42,507 nt of DNA from Phoronis australis (taxonomy: Eukaryota; Animalia; Phoronida), in contig NMRA01000173.1 of assembly GCA_002633005.1 (NCBI GenBank), forward strand, positions 705,269-747,775. The letters run 5' to 3'. Both the position numbers and the translations under genes were made by a program. How positions within the stretch are numbered: position 1 is the first letter of the stretch; each line of letters begins with the position of its first letter. A model generated the notes under the pieces. That model was not told the origin of the DNA and ran no database searches. It saw only the letters and a list, made by a program, of their open reading frames with translations. This document shows positions 13,223-42,507 of this stretch, in pieces.

Positions 13223-14271
13223 TTTTATTAGCATTTGACAACAAATCTTAAGTAGAGCATTTGTCTTTCATGACGGACATTGGCAGAATCGTGGATCCAC
13301 AATCGTCAAATCGGAAAAATCCACTTCCATTCGAGACATTTGTCCAACTTTTGTTGGCATGCTGGTATTACTTGCAATGAACAGCTGAAAATCCATGGCA
13401 ATAAAAACTGAAGAATTGACTTGTGGTTATTTTTTTGCCTTTTCGAGCAAAGTACAGGTCTTCAGTAGAGACTTAAACACTAAAGGTACATTTTGTTCGA
13501 ATTCGGTCGTTTACTCTCAGACATAAAATCCGTTTTGTAATATACAATATCGTGATAGGATTCTAGTTCCGTTACCATCGAAACCACCAGCGTCTGGAGA
13601 AAACACCCCAGAGACAGTTTATAGGGTTTGGCCAACCTTACAATATTAAATTCGAAAATGACGCATATGCGCATTGGATCAGAAAAATAACCCTATCACA
13701 ATAACATGAGACTCAATGTCATGGGAGCAAAACGGCTAATTCGATTCGTGTTTTAGCCGGCGAAACGGCTTTGTGTCGTTCAGTAACTGGGAAGAAAGAC
13801 GTACACTGTAGCTCAGTAACTGCAACATCACCCATAACAATTTTCGGATGCACATTTTTTCGTAATAGGAAGAAGACTTGTGGAAACACGTCCGGTTGTA
13901 TGTGTGCATTGGTTAAGTACTCCTTCAGTTGGTGACTGAGTGGGGAGCGAAATTCGTATTGTAATGTAAACACCGTTCAATAAAATTTGGTGCTAAAACT
14001 TGTGTATACTGTACAAATAAGTCTGTGGATTGTAATAGGACTATAGGTCGGCGAATAGAAAATCTTTCGTGTCCCCAGCCTGTTCGACGCCCTCGGCCAC
14101 TTTGTGTCCCCAGCCTGTTCCACCCCCTCACTCACGTTGTGTCCTCCCGCCAGTTTCACGCCTTCAACCACTTTGTTTCCCCAAGCCAGTTCNGTATTGA
14201 AGTGTTCTAAATCATTTTTCTCTTTTTCATTTGTATAATGATAACATTTTAATATTCCCATTTATTACAAC

Positions 14272-14458
14272 CAGTAGCAGATTCAGAGGGGGCCATGAGG
14301 GCCATGACACAAAAGTACACAAAGGACACAGGAAAACGGCACAGATGCACAATTCGTAGGCCTGAACCTAGTCCTCGTTGATTTTATTCGGTAAAATGTT
14401 CTCATCCCAAGAAATTCGAGCCTCCCCTCCCCTATAATTTAAGCTGGGTGCGCCCATG
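14272..14458. mobile_element. Degenerate or chimeric MITE remnant
   Basis: Left end resembles the 14909 element (cagtagcagattcagagggggcc); right end ctgggtgcgcccatg resembles the 12398 end. Confidence 0.4.
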
Positions 14459-14908
14459 TTACTGAAAATATTGCCTTTCGTTATCCCGTAGGATTCACAA
14501 AGGTTTGTAGGTGATACTCAAACATTGAGTTATTTTTAGAAATGCCATTGCTTGAGAGAACGCTTGTCGGCCGTCCCGCCGGTTTCCGGCTGTAGCGCGC
14601 AGCTTAGAAAACTCTAAAAAAAGTTACTCAGCTACTTTGAAATTTGAACGCACATTAGCCGAGTACAGAGATTTCATCGCTTTACTTCTCTCCGAGCCAG
14701 TTCTAAACGTCGCCTTGTCTTTACGCTGAAATTTTCCTCCGCGATGATTCTACGCTTCAAACACTCCCTGACGCCTTGCTGTATGCGAGCTACCTAATTT
14801 TATAAGCACCTCCTCGTGATGGTCACAACAACTCATTTCTCTGACTCCCGGCCGGCAAGTGTGCAAAAAAAACCATTAATTGGTCCAGTCTCATAAAGTT
14901 TACGTAAG

Positions 14909-15047
14909 CAGTGGCGGAATTAGGGGGGAGGGGGCAAGAGGGCCATGCCCCCCTCTAAAATTCTCCCAGATTCCATTTGGCAGCTCGAAGGTACGAATGT
15001 CTGCCCTGCCGCCCCCCCCCCAACTCAAAATCCAAAATCCGCCCCTG
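14909..15047. mobile_element. Short MITE (hAT-like)
   Basis: CAGTGGCGGAATT ... AAATCCGCCCCTG with G-runs and C-runs inside; TSD not clear. Confidence 0.65.
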
Positions 15048-16122
15048 ATAACTGTGTGTTTATTGTCTAATATATAATGCTCACTGCGGTTTCCTGGAAG
15101 TGCTGATTTTGACTAGAAAAACCACTAGTTACCATGGCAACGGTGCATATGTCAGCTTTACAACACCCCCCTCCTCCCATTTTCAGGGAGAAGTTGCTTT
15201 ATCTAGTTTGAGCTTGTTTGCCAGCCTTTAACATGACTGCCAGCAAACCTAATATTGCTGAGTTTGGCCGACAAAGTTCCAAAAAACGGCCGTCATAGCA
15301 AACATGTTCATTTGTCGGACTTATTGTTTGAGCTGTATACAGTGCTGCCGAAGCCAGTCAACCAGTCTTCACTTATTACCACACCGAAAGTTAGCACCCC
15401 CAGTGAAAACACCGTAAAACCAATCGTATCCTTTGAAGACTTTGAATCATCACAGAATTTCTATTTTGAGTGCTATTACTAACCTAAGAAGCCATCGCAG
15501 TCATGATGATTATGTTACGACTTGAATCGAGAGCGTGTCGATCCATCAACTCTCTTGTCGACTTAGTCGACAGTTAATTATTCTGTAATGGCTTCAACAA
15601 TGTGGTGTTAATACTTGAATTGAATCATAACTGGGTCAACGAGGACATTCACTTAGTCAGTCCAAAGTCTGTAAAAAGCAATTTTATGTAGTGGAATGTA
15701 ATAAGAACAAATCAATAAAAATACGACAATATTTTTTTATAAACGTTGATTATCTTTCCTAATGCCGTGATCTACATTTTCTATTCTTGTTACCATCAGC
15801 TCAAGCTACACAGACCTAGTTTCGCACGCGACAAGCAGACGGATCGTAGATACAGCGACCTTGTTATTGTTCCTTTTAGTCATCTGCCCCGAACATTCAT
15901 AGTAACGGCCAGGCTATGCTGTCGTATTTTGCTACCAATTTTGGATGCGCGCAAATTAGGACGGAGAAGGAACACGGAGAAGACTGCAATACCTCCGAAT
16001 ATCGGTGTTCGTTTACTTTTAAAAGATTCGCCATATTCAATACGCACACAAACTTTTATGGAGGGAAAGTCACGAGCATTATTTAATGCTTCCGGTATCC
16101 GCCTTGGTGGACATAATTTTAA

Positions 16123-16884
16123 ATAGGCATGGAATGCGAAAGATCATCAACAATATCCTTTAAACAATTCCTGACGAAAGTACCATCTCGTAACGTCTAT
16201 TACAGAGTTATTCACTTTCCACTGTGAGGGAATTTCCAGAAAAAATCACATTCACGACTTTTGACATACGCGCGAAGGAAAAATTCTATGGTCACCACAG
16301 AATTTCTAATATCTCCAACTTTTGATAAATGCGCGCATGCGCTCAGTCATCTGACAAACAGCTGAGTGATAAGATGGATATTAAGGACGGCAGACTATCA
16401 TGTGTGACCGCGCTCCGAATATGAGGTCGGCAGCACATTGTGAGGCAAGCCAGTGAAGCGATTTTCCAAAAACAATTCCAAGTGCATTTTAGAAAATATT
16501 TAAATACTAGATACCTTTACAACTAATTTTAAACAATTAGGACTTACATAAACTGACTGACTGCTGCTTGAAGTCGCCATTGTTTTGTTTACATCAAAGC
16601 TCAAAGGTCACATTTTCCAAATAAGGAAATGTGTTACGTCTGTCTTGCTATAGGCCTACCAAAAGAGACGTGCTTTGCCTTGTGAGAGAAAATTTGAAGA
16701 AGTGACAGGCAGATGACACATCGTTTGAAATTAAAAGAAAAATTCTTTGAAATCAACAGAATTTCTAACTCTTTACGAGCAAACCTGATAAAAAATACCT
16801 GGTGAGCAGGTTGAATTCTGTTTCAGTGTCAGAAAACCACTTTGAATAATGCAGTTTAGTCTGTTTTTCGCGTTCTATGTCTCT
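16123..16884. mobile_element. Non-autonomous TIR element, Kolobok-like (family A, copy 2)
   Basis: TTAA|ATAGGCATGGAATGCGAAA ... TTTCGCGTTCTATGTCTCT|TTAA; same orientation as copy 1, with roughly 220-250 extra central bases. Confidence 0.72.
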
Positions 16885-17706
16885 TTAATTAAAAAGTCTC
16901 TAGAACACATCAACGAATGAGTACTCGACTGATAGGCGTGAAATGATAACCTTGTAGATGACTATGATTGACGATATTTATGAAACCTTAATATTACTGA
17001 ACAACGAGTAGCAATAATTCTGCATTTCTATCATACCAGCAGTCAAGTTGTTCAAGGCATAACAGAGTCCTATGCTAACATCGCTTTTAAACCGTCGTCA
17101 TTTTAGGTGCGCTCGTTGATATTATATGTTGATAGTTATTTGCTTTATTCTGTTATTTTACTAATAAAGTTAAAGAGCAGCGATCAAAACGTCATAACAA
17201 CTCAAGAGGTGCGAGTAGAACATAACGCGATGACGTTGTAATCGCGACTTCACACTGGGATTAGTGTACAAAGAGCAATTTTTTGTACACCGCAGACTGC
17301 TCAGATTATGAAGAACGTCATGTGCAAAACTAAAAACTAAATAAGATAGTACCATGACAACATTACGTGCTAATCACTTTTATGGAGTCTGAATCAAGTT
17401 GTTTCCAGGGGGCTTTCTGCTTAGAGTTCAGTGACTAATTATCATTAACAGGTACACACTGGGTTAATCTAGCGTTACACCTGGTTGTAAGTTTATCGGG
17501 GGCTTGTAATCTCGTGGTGCCAATTTTTTTCTTGTTTTATTGTCATTGTGGAATACGCGTGAATAGAACAGGAATATCTTTCAAAAAGAATTTCTGACAA
17601 ACCGTTTGCAATTCAGTTGTTATACCATGAGATGAAGAAGAATCAAATTATATCGATAACCGCTCGTCTTCATAAAAACATAGTAAACATCTGTCGATCA
17701 TAATTC

Positions 17707-17712
17707 TTTATT
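17707..17712 (-). terminator. Candidate polyadenylation signal of the kinase gene
   Basis: AATAAA on the minus strand about 215 nt after the stop codon. Confidence 0.4.
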
Positions 17713-17926
17713 TCTTATCACTCAAATTTCAGCCCAGCCCAAATGTTTTCGTTCACGTTCTTGCTCTTGTTAGGCATGGTGATGCGATGCCGTGAATACG
17801 CTAACAGAGTCGAAGATGACCCAGAGAACCCAGTCCTTAATCTGTGTGAAATGTAGTTTGTTCAACGGCGGAGTTCTTGATAATCGCAACAATCCACGTA
17901 ATACAGCGCACAAGGAAGACAACATG

Positions 17927-18892
17927 TCAGATTTTGCTTGCTTCCAATGCTTCAATCACAGGCCTAAATGCTTTCGCAGTTTCTGCCTGCTCAATAGCTG
18001 CATCAAGTGACTTAATTTGCAGACTATCTCGAATCCGGACCAAACACTCAATCAAAGCTTTTAGGTCCTTTTGTGAGACAGTCTGCTCCATGAAGTCAGC
18101 ATTTCCAAAATCCACTAAAAATGTTTCGTACTCGTTAAGTCTTTTTACGACCATAACATTAGACAATTTCAGGTCGTTGAACGACACGCTGTTGTTATTC
18201 AGTGTACTAATGTGGCGTGCAACATCTAACATTACACTGATCCAGAACTGCTCATCAAGTGTAACTCCTTCAGACTTCCTTAGCCGCTCTTCTTCAAGTA
18301 TCTCAGCTAGCTCCTCACCTCTCATGTCTTCACTTCCGACGTAATCCATAACGAAAGCCAACGACATGAACTCTTCACCTCCTTCTACCGGAAGCAAACC
18401 ATACAAATGGGGTCCGACGCCGTAAGCATTTGCGTGCGCCATCACAGCAGCCTCGTGGACGATAAAATCGATGTTGTGTCCCATTTTCAGAAAGGTCTTC
18501 ATAGCATAACACCGGCCTCTTTTCTCAACAAGATAGACTCTACCCACGAGGCCAATTCCCAGCAGTACCGGGTGGTAATTCTTCACAACAAAATTAAACA
18601 ATTCCCATTCGTCAACAATAGAGGGAGGGAAACGATAACGAGCAGACGGCAAGTCTTTCAAACACCTCGTCACTTCCTCAATAACTCTTTTCCTTGCCAC
18701 CCCTTTCAAACTTGGGTGAGAGCGGCTAATAACGTGCCCTCTATGACGAGAAGGAGGTTTGATTTTTGCTACGTCGACGTTCGAAATTTCGGTTATTGCT
18801 GTGTATGAGGGCAAAACGGACGATTCGCTTTTACAGCTTAACATTAGTTTAGATGTAGCCGCACCAGAACCCGCCGCGCTACTGCTCTTCAT
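17927..18892 (-). CDS. Intronless atypical protein kinase (~321 aa; short C-lobe, Bud32/RIO/Kdo-like architecture)
   Basis: ORF with GIGLVG Gly-loop, AMK lysine, HE alphaC glutamate, FNDLKLSN catalytic loop and DFG. First ATG is in GCCATGA context, with an in-frame TAG upstream. AATAAA at 17707-17712. Confidence 0.82.
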   Translation of the reverse strand: MKSSSAAGSGAATSKLMLSCKSESSVLPSYTAITEISNVDVAKIKPPSRHRGHVISRSHPSLKGVARKRVIEEVTRCLKDLPSARYRFPPSIVDEWELFNFVVKNYHPVLLGIGLVGRVYLVEKRGRCYAMKTFLKMGHNIDFIVHEAAVMAHANAYGVGPHLYGLLPVEGGEEFMSLAFVMDYVGSEDMRGEELAEILEEERLRKSEGVTLDEQFWISVMLDVARHISTLNNNSVSFNDLKLSNVMVVKRLNEYETFLVDFGNADFMEQTVSQKDLKALIECLVRIRDSLQIKSLDAAIEQAETAKAFRPVIEALEASKI

Positions 18893-19649
18893 GGCCAACA
18901 ACACATCAAATTTGAGCTAAAGGCTCTACCGAATAATGCAAAGGATCACGACACACTGCAGAGTAAAGTAATTTCATAAGCGTGAAGACAAAGACGCTTG
19001 TTTTCGAAACACGTCATTGATTGTCTTAAACAAGATTATCGAGCAATAACTAAAAGGACACTTCTCTGAAACAAAATAATGACCTGTAAGCATCTACAGC
19101 CTTCGAAAGCTAGTTGGAGCAAAGTTTAAAACCTCTTTAGAGTTTGCTAAACGGGCAAGCATCTTCAGCAATGATCCCAGCCACCGGTCCTATCAGTTTT
19201 GCTTACAGACAGGAGTATGAGGTGCAGTTTGTATGAAATAAAAGTGTGTCAAGTTTTGAGATCTCTTCAGGGGTAAGTATGAGGGGAACAATTCTAGCTC
19301 TTGGTATGAACAGAAGCAATACCTTTCACCTGAGGCCAGGTTTGACTATCACCCTAGATTTAGAGGGCAAGCTACCCTTTCATAATTGAAAATGTGACTG
19401 ACCTCTGTGTGGGTACGGTCTTCATTGATAAGAACATGCAGGAAAACATAATAACAAGAGACAGCAATTTACAATCACACATTGTGTATAAACACAGGAA
19501 ACAGCTAGTTGTGTATAAACTGGAAGGTATCGCCCACTGGTATTACAGTTCACGGCTCATCCAGCCATCAACAAAAGTACTGGTGAGTCTTGCTAAATCC
19601 CTAAAATCATTGAGTAAACAAAACGCAGTTTTTGCTTGAACAACAAAAC

Positions 19650-19655
19650 TTTATT
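19650..19655 (-). terminator. Candidate PHKB polyadenylation signal AATAAA (another at 19957-19962)
   Basis: tttatt on the plus strand about 850 nt past the stop codon; position only, no transcript data. Confidence 0.45.
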
Positions 19656-20499
19656 TAACATGAACAATACCAGTCAGACCCAACACAGGAGTGACAAAAA
19701 TATAACTTAGAGAAACATGCTGATGCATACAGGACTCGCAATATCAGTACCAGAATAACTTCTCCCACTCTGCTTCTAAACATACAAACAAAGGAGACAC
19801 CTGGTGGCTAAAACTTGGCATTAACCTTCAGTGAAACCAGAAGCTGCAGATCTCTGATCAGCTAATCTACATCTACAAACCAAATCTGGCAGCACACAAC
19901 AGTTAATAGCTAAGCATTTCATAAATAAGTAACAGTACTATGAAAGCTGCCATTAATTTATTTTCACAATGAAGTTACAGTCATTTGAAAAGACGCTAAC
20001 TAGTCGCATATGTGACAACTGTTCGTTTGAACACTGGAAACCCAGTGGCCTTGATTTTCATTATAGAGCCTAAACAATGTGCCTTAATACAGTTCTACAC
20101 TGAATTTGAAACAGTGAAGCCATTTGTTATAATTCAGTGAAAACACACATTTGCATGGTAAGCAACCTAATGCCATCAATCACATATCATGTAATGTCTC
20201 AAGTAGCAAAGACACCTCTAACAACACTACAACCAAACCACATTCCAAGGAGCCAAGTTCACAACATTTGCTCACTAATAACATTTTGTTACACAAGTCC
20301 CAAGTCTGCAATACTGAACAGTATGCAAGTTGATTAGGTTACATACAGACAACTTTGTAACAGTTGGTTATAACAAACGTTACAGACAAGTTCCTGGGAG
20401 GGTTCCCAGTAAGGTTATTCAACTAAGAGTCTCACTCCTCCATCGCATGTGGCTTGATAGTATTCTGGCCACACTATATTGAAGTAGTTGTCGAGTTCT

Positions 20500-38714
<18,215 letters not shown>

Positions 38715-38801
38715 CTAGAACCAGATTTGTCATTGAAATTTCTAGAAAGAAAGAGGTTAGAGAGAGCCAGTGCAATACAGCGCCGTAAGCCAGAAACAGC
38801 G

Positions 38802-38873
38802 GGTGTGTTCAGGTGTGTTTGTGTGTTCAGGTGTGTTTGTGTGTTCGGGTGTGTTTGTGTGTTCAGGTGTGTT
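38802..38873. repeat. 20-bp GT-rich repeat, about 3.5 copies
   Basis: Unit gtgtgttcaggtgtgttt(gt). Confidence 0.88.
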
Positions 38874-39137
38874 TAAGATAAAGTTAATCATGCGCAGCAA
38901 GAATCTTAGTTTACACAGCAAATAAAGAGATCATTATGGTATTTGAACACACTTTGCTCCTATAAATCAACAACACACAAGATACTTTAGTAAAATATTA
39001 AGCAAGGTTTCGGCAAAGCTTCGGTAAACTAAAGTTCCCCTAAAGGGAAAGCACCACAAAACTGAAAAATTTTTACCACAGACTAATTAAACAAAAATAC
39101 TCAGGGCAAAACCAACAAAACATCCAAGCAATGCGAA

Positions 39138-39297
39138 GCCACATAACTCTGCAATGGGCCACATAACTTTGCAATGGGCTACATAACTTTGCAATAGGCC
39201 ACATAATTTTGCAATGGGCCACATAACTCATCAATGGGCCACATAACTCTGCAATGGGTCACATAACTCTGCAATGGGTCACATAACTCTGCAATGC
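39138..39297. repeat. 20-bp minisatellite x8
   Basis: Unit acataactctgcaatgggcc. Confidence 0.95.
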
Positions 39298-40195
39298 ACA
39301 CTGAAGCAAGTCGTAATAGCAATGTTCCAAAACAAACTCTCCTTTTTGCACAGACTGAAGAACGCATGATTAATATGATTAATTTCAAGAAGCCCAAAGT
39401 AAGATATGTAGTTATTCGCATAACAGTAAACTTTCCATGATAAATGTAAAAGCTAAAACCAATTTGACGTAAAAAGTGATTAGTCCAGCAGTGGTGAGCT
39501 ATAGCAGGATAAGTGCTGAACAAATGCGCAAAATTAGGGAATTGTGGGTAGGTAACACACAATCCGAGTGATAAAGTGGTATTTCAGTATAAGGCATGTA
39601 CACTGAGAATGTTATCAACAGGACCAGAGACACTTTAACGGAGTCATGAAAACAGAAATGAGTAACATGACAGACACCCTATCACCTCTATAAGGGCCTA
39701 CATGTTTGAAGTAGTAACGATTGCTACAACTACTCTACTTGAAATTAAAAAGTTTCTATCTTTTTAAGCACACTTGTTGGAAAATTTGACCAAAAGAAAG
39801 AAAGTGATGACAGAGGAAGATATTTTCATACAAACCTTCGCAGACCAGTTCTGAAGATGAATGAAAACACAAGAGACTTTCATCATATCTAATTAGTGCT
39901 ACTTAAGTGCTAATTAAGTGAAGCCAAAGTCGCCAACTTCAAACACAAAATATTAAATCAAGACTGTGGTGATAAACTTTCCAATTAAAATGATCAATGC
40001 TTTCCCTTCAGAGCGTGGCATTATGATGTGTAATTAATCATGCTACCTGGTCGCAGAACAAAGATTCCATTCCAAAACATGAATTAAAACAACGCTTTTC
40101 AAAGATGGTGCTATAACAGGTTTTAATGCATGTAAACATGGAATATAACTTGTTTACACAACACATGATACTGGTACAGTAGTTCCTACTCTATT

Positions 40196-40321
40196 ATCTC
40201 TATGGCCGCAGAGCACAACTTGTTCACATGACAAATATGCCCCCTGTGAAAGTAGCCTCTATGGCCACAGAGCACAACTTGTTCACATGACAAATATGCC
40301 CCATGTGAGAGTAGCTTCTAT
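40196..40321. repeat. ~59-bp x2 duplication
   Basis: tctatggccgcagagcacaacttgttcacatgacaaatatgccc... occurs twice. Confidence 0.9.
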
Positions 40322-42241
40322 TGTGGTGGATATATGACTTGAGGGATAAACGTCAAATGGAAACGAGACCGAAGCCAACCAACTCATGAGCTAAGCCACA
40401 AACACCATATGCACAACTCAGAAGAAATTCAGCAAACAGAACCAGCTCTCCTCAACTTTGGACAGATTTGTATTAACACAACACGCAGGTGCAAATTGTT
40501 CTACTATGAAACTTACTGCTGTTCATGAAGTGAAACAACTTGTTCTCCAACAGCCTACTTAACTTTCCACGTGACACTGTTGGCCAGCATGGCAACCATG
40601 TTTTGATAACACCAGTTCAATGGACACTTCAAGTATTGACACTGCCGTTGTATAACAACGAAGCAGGTAATAATCATTTACAGTTGTCCCACATTTTGAG
40701 AACAAGTTTTCTCCACTGAATAACGAGCATCAAACTGGTCTGTAAGGGACTATTGTTAACTAAACAGTACGGAATGCCAATATAAAAAACCAACAGCAGT
40801 CACCGACAACCTTGTATTCCCATTAGTGAAGCGGGTTTGCAAGAAAGCAGCTTTAAGTTATGTAGGACCTTATTAACGAGTCTCTATTTAGCCAGATATC
40901 CACAAAACTATAACATTCCTACTCAAATATACTTTTTCAGAAAGTATAAAGCCAGTAAAATTTGATTTTCGACTTTTTACGACTTTGAATTGTGTCACGT
41001 GGTCATGTCATTTTAGTAAATTTAGCAAACAGGAAAGATACATTGAGAAAAACAACATCAATAACATGACCAAATTTCATTTGGTGTAACTATTCAAGAT
41101 GACATCTCAAAAAGTTGTTAGTTTTCTAAATTAACACTTCATTTTTGTTTTTTGCAACTTGATTTTTTTAAGAAAATCATAAGTTCTACTTTTTGGTAGC
41201 CCCTCAGGTAAAAGTGAAATGTTTTAAAGACAATTGCTAACAGCATTTTGAAGAACAGTGCATAAAGCACACAGTAGTATTGGAAAGTTTTGCATGAATC
41301 TGATCAGCCATTTTTGAGTTAGCCAAATTTGGACATTTTTGTAGGGTCCTACACAACCTTAAAAGCAACTGCTTTGCCAAAGGAAAGCAACGCAAACAAT
41401 TAATACCTGCAGGTATATCAAAATTCTCTTGGTCCATCAAAAGGCATGTGGGAATACAACACAGAAATAAGTCTCACAATGGTTTACGGCACAACATTTT
41501 TCATTTCAGGAATCATTTAACTTGTCATATGATATTAGTCCACAACTATTCATGCTGGAAGTCCTGTTTATAAATAGTTTCACATAACAGTAGTAAATGT
41601 AAAAGCAAACAACTGCTTAATTAAAAATAATATGTTCTGTTGTTTGACCTTTGACATTCCACGATGCTAAATGAACAAAATATAAATTTTCAGAAGAAAT
41701 TACAATAATAATACATAATTGCTAGTACACAAATCTTGTAAACCAATAGACTTTGTGGTCCACAATAAACACATGTCATAAAAATGCTACTAACATCCAT
41801 AAAGGGGTTTAGGAGAGAGAGCAGCAGACGTCGGACAGAGCAGTAGATGTTGGACAGAGCAGCAGATGTCGGACAGCCATGATGGCATAATGCGCCCATA
41901 TATAAAGTACTGATCTGATATTGCAGCATTGTGTGTAAACAGACTGAGATTCAAAAGTTGATGTGCAATTCGAGACGGCCATATTGCATGTCCATTTGGT
42001 TTTGAAACACTGACATTATTACAGCAAGCTGTACATATCCCAGAGCATCAAGAACACATCATAACAGTGACATCAGCTGAGGTATGTTAAGTAATAATAG
42101 GTCATACCAAGTAGACAAGAATGTCAAACCATGCATGACTAAGTGCTCATTAATTATAACAGTCATGGATAGACTGTTTGGTGGCAATCACAGCCGCACA
42201 TTATTGAGAGGAATAAATGACACAGGAAGACTTGCTTGATA

Positions 42242-42507
42242 GCAACTACCAGTCAGTCACACGCAAATACCAGTCAGTCACACGCAACTACCAGACAGTC
42301 ACAAGCAACTACCAGTCAGTCACAAATAACTACCAGTCAGTCACAGGCAACTATCACTCAGTCACAAGCAACCACCAGTCACTCACACGCAAACTACCAG
42401 TCAGTCACAAGCAACTACCAGACAGTCACAAGCAACTACCAGACAGTCACAAGCAACCACCAGTCAGTCACACGCAACTACCAGTCAGTCACAAGCAACT
42501 ACCAGAC
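42242..42507. repeat. ~21-bp minisatellite running off the window end
   Basis: Unit gcaactaccagtcagtcacaa. Confidence 0.95.

Noticed and set aside
14674-14793. Possible minus-strand terminal exon VARIQQGVRECLKRRIIAEENFSVKTRRRLELARREVKR*
   Set aside because: Only 39 codons, poor polypyrimidine tract, no partner exon or recognisable homology.
15128-15141. RFX X-box-like palindrome GTTACCATGGCAAC
   Set aside because: No adjacent gene start can be identified and similar strings occur in repeat-like DNA elsewhere in the window.
17770-18808. ORFs overlapping the kinase (17792, 17877, 18407 on plus; 17770 on minus)
   Set aside because: Antisense or shifted shadows of the kinase ORF with no recognisable motifs.
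17927-18904. Kinase as the phosphorylase kinase catalytic subunit (PHKG), given its position next to PHKB
   Set aside because: It lacks HRDLKPEN, the activation segment with APE, a full C-lobe and the calmodulin-binding tail; adjacency gives no evidence of a functional link.
38715-42507. Upstream PHKB exons (expected LLxYQSPTTGLFP...AY segment)
   Set aside because: No matching spliceable segment found by eye; this region appears to be intron and the 5' exons likely lie beyond the window.

Overview
Eukaryotic (invertebrate-like, AT-rich) genomic DNA in two parts. Right part (20.5-42.5 kb): the 3' 22 coding exons of a minus-strand phosphorylase b kinase regulatory subunit beta gene (PHKB). I spliced them by hand; all junctions are GT-AG, all phases are consistent, and they give about 992 aa ending in the CaaX motif CAIS. 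The 5' exons appear to lie beyond the window. About 1.6 kb past the PHKB stop codon lies an apparently intronless ~321-aa atypical protein kinase with a short C-lobe. Left part (1-17.5 kb): transposon-rich intergenic DNA with a decayed LINE, three TTAA-flanked Kolobok-like TIR elements, several small MITEs and a tRNA-like head. Most striking: most PHKB introns carry their own unrelated minisatellite, many abut splice sites, and four arrays copy the splice junction itself (three donors, one acceptor). The last intron looks like the product of a similar, older duplication and may allow a C-terminus with or without CaaX. No computation or database search was run; family assignments rest on recalled motifs.
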